Part shown: one piece after another, positions 16,500 through 24,893 of the stretch
Layout of the letters: the number at the start of each line of letters is the position of its first letter
Numbering within the stretch: position 1 is the first letter of the stretch
Source: Bdellovibrionota bacterium
Lineage (GTDB): Bacteria > Bdellovibrionota_C > UBA2361 > OMIW01
Direction: 5' to 3'
DNA length: 24,893 nucleotides
Assembly: GCA_044345055.1 (NCBI GenBank)
Contig: JBIJBT010000039.1
Coordinates: 1-24,893, forward strand
Made by a program: the position numbers and the translations under genes
The notes under the pieces: generated by a model
What the model was told of the DNA's origin: nothing
What the model saw: the letters and a program-made list of their open reading frames with translations, nothing else
Database searches by the model: none

Positions 16500-17696
16500 C
16501 TAATCAAACGCCAATTTCCCATTTACCACTTCGTGCCACGGCAATCCATAGGCGCCAAGTTCGGCGAGGAATGGATCGGGATTAAACTGCTCGACGTTGA
16601 AGACTCCCGCACCGGTCCAGTGTTTGTTGAGGACCATCTTTGCTCCCAACATCGCGGGAACGCCGGTGGTGTAGGAGATGCCTTGAGCTTTTACTTCGCG
16701 ATAACACGCGGCGTGTTCGCAGTTATTGTATATGAAGTAGGTTTTCTCTTTTCCATCTTTAATACCTCGGATCTGGCAACCGATTGAGGTTTGTCCGGAG
16801 TAGTTTTCGCCGAGGCTTGAGGGCTCGGGGAGAACCGCTTTTAAGAATTGAAGTGGTACGATCTCTTTGCCTTCGTATACGACCGGATCAATACGGGTCA
16901 TGCCCACGTTCTCAAGCACTCGCAAATGAGTTATGTACTGCTGCGAGAAGGTCATCCAGAAGCGGGCCCGCTTGAGGTGAGGGATATTTTTGACGAGCGA
17001 TTCAAGCTCTTCATGGAAGAGGAGATACGAATCACGGGGGCCTATCTCGGGGTAATCGACCGGTTGGTGAATCGAGAGGGGCTCGGTTTCAATCCACTCG
17101 GAGTTCTCGTAATAACGGCCCTTTTGAGTAATCTCGCGGATGTTGATCTCGGGGTTAAAGTTAGTGGCAAATGCCTGGCCGTGACTTCCGGCGTTACAAT
17201 CGACAATATCAAGATAGTGAATTTCGTCGAACTGGTGTTTTAGAGCGTAGGCGGTGAATATTCCGGTCACGCCTGGATCAAATCCACATCCAAGAACTGC
17301 AGTAATGCCTCGCTCTTTGAACCGATCGTGGTAGGCCCACTGCCACGAGTACTCAAACTTGGCAAGGTGAGGGGGTTCGTAGTTTGCGGTATCAAGATAG
17401 TGCACGCCGGTTTCCAGGCACGCATCCATAATCGCAAGGTCTTGGTAAGGGAGTGCGACGTTGATGACTATTTCGGGCTGGAATGCGCGAATAAGGGCGA
17501 CGGTTTCACTCACGTTGTCGGCATCGAGCTTCGCGGTGGTCAATCGGGGTGAGCCAATATCGGTGGCAATCGCATCGGCTTTTGCCTTTGTTCGGGTCGC
17601 GAGCATTACCTCCGAGAATGTCTCCTCGGCCTGAATGCACTTGCGCACCACGACGTTACCAACTCCACCTGCTCCAATAATTAGTACCTTCGCCAT
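16500..17696 (-). CDS. Saccharopine dehydrogenase family protein, probably carboxy(nor)spermidine dehydrogenase
   Basis: KVLIIGAGGVG, VINVALPYQDL, YLDTANYE, KFEYSWQW, GCGFDPG, FATNFNPEINIRE, HEELESL, SYTTGVP. ATG 17696 has GGGAG upstream. Confidence 0.88.
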   Translation of the reverse strand: MAKVLIIGAGGVGNVVVRKCIQAEETFSEVMLATRTKAKADAIATDIGSPRLTTAKLDADNVSETVALIRAFQPEIVINVALPYQDLAIMDACLETGVHYLDTANYEPPHLAKFEYSWQWAYHDRFKERGITAVLGCGFDPGVTGIFTAYALKHQFDEIHYLDIVDCNAGSHGQAFATNFNPEINIREITQKGRYYENSEWIETEPLSIHQPVDYPEIGPRDSYLLFHEELESLVKNIPHLKRARFWMTFSQQYITHLRVLENVGMTRIDPVVYEGKEIVPLQFLKAVLPEPSSLGENYSGQTSIGCQIRGIKDGKEKTYFIYNNCEHAACYREVKAQGISYTTGVPAMLGAKMVLNKHWTGAGVFNVEQFNPDPFLAELGAYGLPWHEVVNGKLAFD

Positions 17697-17968
17697 CTGG
17701 TTGTACTCCCTATCTAAAATAGAATGCCCCGAAACCGGACTTTTTTCTGGGTCCGAGGGTAGCACAGGGCGAGAGGGGTTGGCGAATTGACGAGGAAAAA
17801 ATTTAGATTACCCCGGATTCCCTCGGCGGGAACGTTAATCCTGTGCCACCTCGCGCCAGAATCTGATACGCTCACGGGAGTGACCCATTCGGGCTTTAAT
17901 CGCCGAGTCCTTCGACCCATCGTTTTTTTCCGTGACCTCTTAAGTACAACGCAAGAAGTGAGTTATTT

Positions 17969-20900
17969 GTGACCGATTCTTTTGTTCATCTTCATCTTCA
18001 CACTCAATACAGCCTCCTTGATGGTGCAAACAAGATTCCGGAAGTTTTGGAGCGGGCGCGAGATCTTGGGCAGCCAGCGATTGCGATGACCGATCACGGT
18101 AATTTGCACGGAGCGCTTGAGTTTTATTCCGCTGCAAAAAAGGTGGGGATTAAGCCGATAATCGGGTGTGAGCTGTATGTCGCAGGAGGGAGTCGCTTTG
18201 AGCGCAAACAGCGGACGCAAGGGGGGGCGGGAACAAATCACCTAACAGTGCTTGCCTCAACGATGGAGGGGTATCGCAATCTTTGCCGGCTTTCGAGCCT
18301 TGCGTATAGAGAGGGGTTTTATCACAAGCCGCGGGTGGATAGAGAGCTGCTTGAACGTTACAACGAGGGGCTAATTGTGCTGAGTGGGTGTCTCGCGGGA
18401 GAACTTGCCCGAGCGGGAGCCGACGATGACCGAGATGCGATGAAGGAGGTTGTCGCCTTTTATGCAAAGACATTTTCGGATCGGTACTATCTTGAGATTC
18501 AACCACACGGGATAACCGATCAGGTGCGGCACAACGAGAGGTGCTCCGATCTTGCAAAAGAGTTTGGATTGCCACTCATCGCAACGACCGATTGCCATTA
18601 CCTCGAGAAGGGAGATCACTACGCGCAGGAGGTGCTCATGTGCATCTCAACGCAAAAATTAGTCACTGACCCCGATCGTATTCGCCACGAAGGGGTTGAG
18701 CTCTATCTAAAGCAAGCGGCCGATATGGTCGCTGGATTCGGAGGACTCGGAGGCGCAGAGGAGGCGGTCCGAACATCGGTCGCTATTGCAGAACAGTGCA
18801 ACCTATCCTTTGATTTTTCGACCCACTACATGCCCCGTTTTAGCGAGCGCTCAGAAGATGAGCATTTATCGCTAATGGCTGACATGGCGCGAGAGGGATT
18901 GGCGCGCCGAATTGAGATGCTGGAGCGGCTCGACCCGTCATTCGATGAGGCGAAAAAGGCGGTGTATGTGGAGCGGCTTGAGGAGGAGATTCAGCTAATC
19001 GGGAAGATGGGATTTGCGAGCTATTTTCTCGTTGTTTCCGATTTTATCGTATGGGCGAAAGAACACGATATTCCGGTAGGACCTGGGCGAGGAAGTGGTG
19101 CAGGTTCCTTGGTTGCTTATGTATTGCGGATCACCGAGGTCGATCCGATTCAGAATAAACTCCTCTTTGAGCGTTTTCTCAATCCTGAGCGGGTATCCCT
19201 CCCTGATATTGATGTTGATTTTTGTATCGAGGGGCGTCAACGGGTTATCGAGTATGTCGTAAACAAATATGGCAAAGATCGGGTAGCTCAGATTGCGACA
19301 TTTGGAACCCTAAAAGCAAAAGCAGCTATAAAAGATGTCGGTCGAGCGCTGGGGCTTCCGTATACTGAGACCGATAAGATTGCTCAGCTCGTTCCACCAC
19401 CTCGGCAGGGATTTGATTATCCTCTCGCTGAAGCGCTAAAGATGGAGAAAAAACTCGCTGATTACGCCGAAGGCGAGGGGAGGGAGCTTATCTCATTAGC
19501 TATGAAGCTAGAGGGATTAACCCGCCATTCATCGACCCACGCCGCAGGTGTTGTTATTGGTGATCGTCCCCTGATGGACCTAGTCCCGATGATGGTCGAT
19601 AAAGATGGCAACGACGTCACCCAATACTCGATGAGCTATGTAGAAAAGGCCGGGCTCGTTAAATTTGACTTTTTGGGGCTTAAAACGCTTACCGTTATCG
19701 ATTCTGCAATTCGGCTAGTGCGCGAGAGTCGAGGAGAAGAGATAGACCTTTATGCGCTCCCGCTAAACGATGAGAGAACGTACTCGCTTGTCGCAGCGGG
19801 AAATACGACCGGGGTTTTTCAGCTTGAATCAGGCGGCATTACTGAGATGACGATTCGTCTCAAGCCCAATTGCTTTGATGATCTCGTCGCTATCCTTGCG
19901 CTTTATCGCCCCGGTCCGCTCGATTCAGGGATGGTCGAGCACTACATTAATCGTAAACATGGTCGTGAACCGATAGCATATCTCCATCCACTAATGGAGC
20001 GAGTTCTCTTTGATACATACGGGATTATTATCTACCAAGAGCAGATCATGCAGCTCTCCCGAGAGCTCGCCGGATATTCACTCGGTGATGCAGATCTTTT
20101 GCGTCGCGCGATGGGTAAGAAAAACCCCGAAGAGATGGCAAAACAGGGGGTACGCTTCGTATCTGGTTGCAAAGAGCAGGGGATTAGCGAAACGCTAGCT
20201 CAGCAGATATTTGATCAGATGGAGACCTTTGCGCGATATGGTTTTAATAGAAGCCACTCTGTCGCTTATGCTTTGATTTCGTTTCAGACCGCTTATCTTA
20301 AAGCCCACTATCCGGTGGAGTTTATGGCGGCGCTGATGTCGCACGAGCTCGACGATATCGATAAGGTTCTAAAAAATATCAACGAGTGTAAAAAGCAAAA
20401 AATACCGTTTCTGCCACCCGATGTGAATGAAAGTCAGTCCCATTTTTCGGTTCAAAATAACGCGATTCGGTATGGACTCGCTGCGATTAAGGGTGTCGGT
20501 GAGCGTGCTGTTTCTTCAATTGTTGAGGCTCGCTCGATTGCCGGAAAAGATGGTGGAGATCGTTTTACCGATCTAGATAATTTTTTAACGAGAGTTGATC
20601 TCCACGCGCTTAATCGTCGAGTGATCGAGACTCTCATAAAAGGTGGTGCGTGTGATTCATTCGGGGTGAGCCGTCGAGAGTTAATGGAGATACTCGATGA
20701 TTCGTTAAAGGCAGCGCAGCTCTACCACAAAGAGAAGAATTCTCCGCAGCTATCTCTTTTTTCGGTATTAGAAGAGGCGTCACCTCCTCAGAAAAGAGCG
20801 TCTAAAGGAATCTCCGAATGGCCAGTTACCCAACGTCTCGCCTACGAGCGTGAAGCACTCGGCTTTTTTATCTCGGGCCATCCCCTTGAAAAATTCCGGT

Positions 20901-21478
20901 ATGAGCTAAAATCGGGTGGTGCGGTGACGACCGAGGAGGTGAAGGCGGCGCGGCGACCGGTCGAGGTTCGGATGGGTGGAGTAGTTACTGCGCTCAAATT
21001 AAAGAACACAAAAAAAGGGGATAGATATGCATCGTTCGTTCTTGAGGATCACCTTGGAACGATAGAGGCGCTTGCTTGGCCCGATACATACCAGAAAATT
21101 GAGCCAATTTTGACAAAACAGGACCCTGTATTGGTAATGGGAAGGGCAGACATTTCGGACGAGCGGTGCACTCTGATAGTTGACCAAATGGAATCGCTAT
21201 CCGATATCCGTTCACGGGGTGCAACGGCGGGGATGGTCATTTTGCGTGAAGAGGACGATGTGACCAGTCGGGCAAGCCGATTCGCCGAAATTGTTCGCGC
21301 TCACCCGGGGGCAGTACCGTTGCAGGTTAGGTTACAGCTCCCAAGCGGGTCATGTGTGATTGCTCTCCGTGGTGAGGGTGGCACTCCAATAACCGCTGCG
21401 CCTTCGGAAGATCTGTGTGATAAACTAGAAGAGCTGTTCGGACGACCCGTAATTGGGTTCACCACTGCGAAGACTTGA
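17969..21478 (+). CDS. dnaE: DNA polymerase III alpha subunit
   Basis: HLHLHTQYSLLDG PHP domain, GPGRGSGAGSLV, FERFLNPER.SLPDIDVDF, HAAGVVI, KFDFLGLKTL, GVFQLES, RPGP, YGFNRSH, clamp motif QLSLF, OB fold. No intein apparent. Confidence 0.98.
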   Translation: MTDSFVHLHLHTQYSLLDGANKIPEVLERARDLGQPAIAMTDHGNLHGALEFYSAAKKVGIKPIIGCELYVAGGSRFERKQRTQGGAGTNHLTVLASTMEGYRNLCRLSSLAYREGFYHKPRVDRELLERYNEGLIVLSGCLAGELARAGADDDRDAMKEVVAFYAKTFSDRYYLEIQPHGITDQVRHNERCSDLAKEFGLPLIATTDCHYLEKGDHYAQEVLMCISTQKLVTDPDRIRHEGVELYLKQAADMVAGFGGLGGAEEAVRTSVAIAEQCNLSFDFSTHYMPRFSERSEDEHLSLMADMAREGLARRIEMLERLDPSFDEAKKAVYVERLEEEIQLIGKMGFASYFLVVSDFIVWAKEHDIPVGPGRGSGAGSLVAYVLRITEVDPIQNKLLFERFLNPERVSLPDIDVDFCIEGRQRVIEYVVNKYGKDRVAQIATFGTLKAKAAIKDVGRALGLPYTETDKIAQLVPPPRQGFDYPLAEALKMEKKLADYAEGEGRELISLAMKLEGLTRHSSTHAAGVVIGDRPLMDLVPMMVDKDGNDVTQYSMSYVEKAGLVKFDFLGLKTLTVIDSAIRLVRESRGEEIDLYALPLNDERTYSLVAAGNTTGVFQLESGGITEMTIRLKPNCFDDLVAILALYRPGPLDSGMVEHYINRKHGREPIAYLHPLMERVLFDTYGIIIYQEQIMQLSRELAGYSLGDADLLRRAMGKKNPEEMAKQGVRFVSGCKEQGISETLAQQIFDQMETFARYGFNRSHSVAYALISFQTAYLKAHYPVEFMAALMSHELDDIDKVLKNINECKKQKIPFLPPDVNESQSHFSVQNNAIRYGLAAIKGVGERAVSSIVEARSIAGKDGGDRFTDLDNFLTRVDLHALNRRVIETLIKGGACDSFGVSRRELMEILDDSLKAAQLYHKEKNSPQLSLFSVLEEASPPQKRASKGISEWPVTQRLAYEREALGFFISGHPLEKFRYELKSGGAVTTEEVKAARRPVEVRMGGVVTALKLKNTKKGDRYASFVLEDHLGTIEALAWPDTYQKIEPILTKQDPVLVMGRADISDERCTLIVDQMESLSDIRSRGATAGMVILREEDDVTSRASRFAEIVRAHPGAVPLQVRLQLPSGSCVIALRGEGGTPITAAPSEDLCDKLEELFGRPVIGFTTAKT

Positions 21479-21494
21479 TTTAGTTGAGGGCGAG

Positions 21495-21668
21495 ATGAGT
21501 GATGAAGTTCAGCTTCGTGTTCCGATCACCAAGGAAGTGGTGCTGATTTTAATCGCCATTTTGGTGGGCATCGTTGTTGCGATACTCATCGGCATGGCTC
21601 TTGGAGCAAACCACGGTGGTTCAGCGAGCACTGATGATGGCAAAGTTGTTGAGATAGAGATCCGATAA
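21495..21668 (+). CDS. Small single-pass membrane protein
   Basis: 57 aa from ATG 21495 (GAGG upstream), one long hydrophobic helix VVLILIAILVGIVVAILIGMAL, directly downstream of dnaE. Confidence 0.6.
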   Translation: MSDEVQLRVPITKEVVLILIAILVGIVVAILIGMALGANHGGSASTDDGKVVEIEIR

Positions 21669-21772
21669 CGCAGGAATACGGGTTTACTCCTTTAAGTCGA
21701 AAGTTTCCCCAGTTTCCCGCTCATGCTACGCTGCGGCCGTTTGGACCACATTTCTCTCCAAAGGATAGCCGT

Positions 21773-22720
21773 ATGAAGGTAGTCGTAACAGGAGCTGCAG
21801 GATTTATCGGATCGCACGTAGCTGAAGCGCTTAGCCGCGATCGGGCTCATGTTGTCGGCATAGACTCCTTCACCGATTACTATGCGATCGCTCTTAAAGA
21901 AAAAAACGGGGCAGAGCTCGCAGAAAAAGGTATTTCAGTAGTTCGCGCGGATCTCGCTGCAGAATCGGACCACGAAACTGTTAGAGCTGTCGTTAAAGAT
22001 GCCGAGATCGTAATTCATCTTGCTGCTCAGCCGGGCATCTCCGCAACAACGCCCTTCAACGATTACTTAAAAAACAATATCATCGCCACCGAGCGGCTCC
22101 TCACCGCGTGCGAGCCCGCATCAGGATTAAAGCTGTTTCTTAATATTGCAACCTCATCGGTGTATGGCTTTCACGCGACCGATGGTGAAGAGGTCGCGCC
22201 ACGTCCCGCATCGTGGTACGGCGCTACCAAACTAGGGGCGGAAAGTTTAGCGCTCGCCCGCCATCGTGGCACCGGCATGCCGGTCTCTTCGTTTCGTCTA
22301 TTCTCGGTGTACGGCCCCCGTGAACGTCCCGACAAAATAGTGCCGATCCTCACCAACGCCCTTCTCACCGATACGGAATTCCCTCTATTTGAAGGAAGCG
22401 AGCATCATCGCCGCAGCTTCACCTTCGTCTCCGATATCGTCGATGGCATCGTTGCTGCAGTCGCCGATCCCGCAAAAGTAATTGGCGAGATATTTAACAT
22501 CGGTTGCGATACTAGCATCACCACTGGAGAAGCTATCGCTCTTGTCGAAGAAGCTGTCGGCCGCCGCGCCCGCATTAAGCGACTACCCCGTAGAGCGGGC
22601 GATCAGCTCGAAACGCGAGCGACGATAGGAAAAATTCGCGAACGGCTCGGGTATGAACCAAAGATAACTCCGGGTGAGGGTATCGCACGATATGTGGCGT
22701 GGGCTCGCAAAGAACGGTAG
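21773..22720 (+). CDS. NAD-dependent epimerase/dehydratase (extended SDR; UDP-glucuronate 4-epimerase-like)
   Basis: VTGAAGFIGSH, HLAAQPG, TSSVYG, YGATK (YxxxK), FRLFSVYGPRERPD, RSFTFVSD. Confidence 0.9.
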   Translation: MKVVVTGAAGFIGSHVAEALSRDRAHVVGIDSFTDYYAIALKEKNGAELAEKGISVVRADLAAESDHETVRAVVKDAEIVIHLAAQPGISATTPFNDYLKNNIIATERLLTACEPASGLKLFLNIATSSVYGFHATDGEEVAPRPASWYGATKLGAESLALARHRGTGMPVSSFRLFSVYGPRERPDKIVPILTNALLTDTEFPLFEGSEHHRRSFTFVSDIVDGIVAAVADPAKVIGEIFNIGCDTSITTGEAIALVEEAVGRRARIKRLPRRAGDQLETRATIGKIRERLGYEPKITPGEGIARYVAWARKER

Positions 22721-22794
22721 GAGTGAGCGCTGAGTTGGGTGAGTTGGAGATGTGTGCAAAAAGCGATGATAAAAGGTCGCTTTTTGCACCCCCT

Positions 22795-23643
22795 TTATGG
22801 TTGACGACCGAACTTCGCAAAGTCTGGTTTTCTTCTCTCAAGAAATGCATTGCGCCCTTCTTGACCCTCTTCGGTCATATAGAAAAGAAGAGTCGCGTTT
22901 CCTGCGAGCTCTTGAAGACCTGTCTGTCCATCACAGTCTGCGTTAAGTGCAGATTTTAGGCACCGTAGGGCTAGGGGAGAGTGTTGGAGCATCTCACGAC
23001 ACCACTTTATAGTTTCCTCCTCAAGCTTTTCGAGGGGAACAACGGTATTAACGAGTCCCATATCAAGCGCCTCTTGAGCCGAGTATTGACGGCACAGAAA
23101 CCAGATCTCTCGGGCCTTCTTCTGGCCGACCATTCGGGCTAAATACGATGCGCCAAATCCTCCGTCGAATGAGCCAACCCGAGGACCTGTTTGTCCAAAT
23201 CGAGCGTTATCGGCCGCTATCGTTAGATCGCACACGACATGCAGCACATGGCCACCGCCGATGGCATAACCCGCCACCATCGCGACTACCGGCTTTGGCA
23301 AGGTTCGAATCTGTCGTTGCAGATCGAGCACATTGAGCCGCATAGTTCCGCTATCGTCCAGATACCCCGCCTCTCCCCGAATACGCTGGTCTCCACCTGA
23401 GCAAAATGCGAGCGGTCCCTTTCCTGTCAGAATAACAACTCCTATTTCGCCATCGTCACGCGAATCGGCAAATGCATCTTGCATCTCTCTTACGGTGAGC
23501 GGTCGAAAGGCGTTTCGGACCTCGGGCCGGTTAATCGTAATACGGGCGATCCCTTCGGCTTTGTGATATTCGATATCTGTGTAGCTTTTTGCGACGGTCC
23601 AGGTAACTGGCTGAGTAAATAGCTCGCGGTCATCGCTGTTCAT
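22795..23643 (-). CDS. menB: 1,4-dihydroxy-2-naphthoyl-CoA synthase
   Basis: [90 protein letters not shown]. Confidence 0.97.
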   Translation of the reverse strand: MNSDDRELFTQPVTWTVAKSYTDIEYHKAEGIARITINRPEVRNAFRPLTVREMQDAFADSRDDGEIGVVILTGKGPLAFCSGGDQRIRGEAGYLDDSGTMRLNVLDLQRQIRTLPKPVVAMVAGYAIGGGHVLHVVCDLTIAADNARFGQTGPRVGSFDGGFGASYLARMVGQKKAREIWFLCRQYSAQEALDMGLVNTVVPLEKLEEETIKWCREMLQHSPLALRCLKSALNADCDGQTGLQELAGNATLLFYMTEEGQEGRNAFLERRKPDFAKFGRQP

Positions 23644-23929
23644 AAGATTCCTAGCGCAAAAAATATCTGTTTAAGTGGTGCGTTGTTTGGTGATGCACCA
23701 TGAGAAAGGGGGAGTTTTAGGCAGTTCCAGAGTTGACGAAAGATATCATCCAAACTGCTCTGAAACAATGCATCGAGTTTGGTACGCTGGCGTTAAGGAG
23801 TTTTGCAAGAAAAGAGAAAGTGCTGTGAGCAAAATGTTGAGATACGAATCTTTAAATTTGTATCTCCCCGTTGAGAGCTTGCGTGGTGATAGTTATAGCT
23901 GTCTCTGGAAAAAACTACTAACGGTTATA

Positions 23930-24886
23930 TCAATAATTTTTGATAATAAGTTCCCTGATTTCTCCCCGTTTTGTTGCGTCAGAGTTGATCTTTCTCTTTG
24001 CTGAAACCCGATATATCGCAAAATCTTGATATAAGTTATCGAAGAAAGGATCGTCGCTGCAGTTGGTTGGATCAGAGTTGCTGAGTAGTTGGAGAGCGTT
24101 TCTACGATCGAGCTCTTTAAAGAACTCGCAAAGCCTTCGCTGTTCGTTATCGTCGAAGGAATCTTTCGCGTAACTCGTAAAGGAGGAGCTTTTACTTAAA
24201 GGACGATAGGGTGGATCGTAATAAATGAAGCTCTTTTTGTCGGCAAGCGGAGCACATGCAGTAAAATCGCCCAAGCAAATAGTCGCCCGACTCAACGCTG
24301 CTGAGGCTGCAATAAGACGATCTCGAGCTAAAATCTTCGGATTCTTGTAATCGCCGTGAGGAACATTAAATGCCCCACTTTTGTTGACCCGAAAGAGTCC
24401 GTTAAAGCACGTTTTATTTAGAAAAAGGGTGTGAGCAGCTCGCTCTGGATTAATCGGAGAATGAGCCGCATCTTCCTTTATCTGGGCACTCTTCTGATTG
24501 TACATTTCCCGAATTTGATAAAAAAAGTTAGCCCGTTCCTCCGATGATAATGAGTGATAATTTTTTTCAAGCTCTGCGAGCACCGCGATCAGTGATTCAA
24601 CTGATTCTTTGACGGTATTGTATAGAACAATAAGCTCATGATTGAGGTCAAAGAGATATGCATTATCGAAGTTGTAGCTGTTCGAGAGATGAAAAAAAAC
24701 AGCGCCACCCCCAATAAAGGGTTCGATATAGCTTTTAATCTGACCATTAATAAGTTGCTGGGGAAGATGTTGGGTCAAAACAGGGAGAAGCTGTGTTTTT
24801 CCGCCAGCCCATTTTAGGAGAGGGGCGGCTCGACCAGCGGGTGGCGAATCTTCCGAGATATTAGCAGCGATATTTTGATCGTTCAT
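23930..24886 (-). CDS. Dam/D12-class N6-adenine DNA methyltransferase
   Basis: LKWAGGK, YIEPFIGGGAVF (SAM motif I), FLNKTCFNGLFRVN..G.FNVP.G.Y (Dam-type TRD), YYDPPY (motif IV), LSNS, ELIIKNY. Confidence 0.92.
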   Translation of the reverse strand: MNDQNIAANISEDSPPAGRAAPLLKWAGGKTQLLPVLTQHLPQQLINGQIKSYIEPFIGGGAVFFHLSNSYNFDNAYLFDLNHELIVLYNTVKESVESLIAVLAELEKNYHSLSSEERANFFYQIREMYNQKSAQIKEDAAHSPINPERAAHTLFLNKTCFNGLFRVNKSGAFNVPHGDYKNPKILARDRLIAASAALSRATICLGDFTACAPLADKKSFIYYDPPYRPLSKSSSFTSYAKDSFDDNEQRRLCEFFKELDRRNALQLLSNSDPTNCSDDPFFDNLYQDFAIYRVSAKRKINSDATKRGEIRELIIKNY

Positions 24887-24893
24887 CGAGTGA

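Noticed and set aside
17969..21478. Intein or split in dnaE
   Set aside because: The length (1169 aa) and continuous motifs match an uninterrupted alpha subunit.
23675..24004. 109-aa + strand ORF between menB and the methyltransferase
   Set aside because: It overlaps the MTase antisense, has no motif or RBS, and likely spans the menB promoter region.

Overview
Bacterial chromosomal window, mostly housekeeping. It holds the 3' part of a CheR-containing PAS/hybrid histidine kinase, a host-attachment-family gene, a complete trpE-G-D-C-F-B-A operon, a CheY-like regulator and a type I-beta DAHP synthase. Further right are a saccharopine/carboxy(nor)spermidine dehydrogenase-family gene, dnaE, an NDP-sugar epimerase, menB and a Dam-family adenine methyltransferase. 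An accessory segment (~12.6-16.5 kb) carries a membrane ORF, an AAA-ATPase/wHTH/PD-(D/E)XK-like gene behind a 13-bp inverted repeat, and the most striking feature: a REP-associated HUH/Y1 tyrosine transposase (RAYT). The RAYT gene is embedded in a 120-bp-periodic array of nine alternating, inverted 28-bp hairpin repeats. Its reading frame runs in phase through the repeats on both sides, and its available start codons lie inside the array. All family and taxonomic assignments are from motif recognition by eye; no searches were run.
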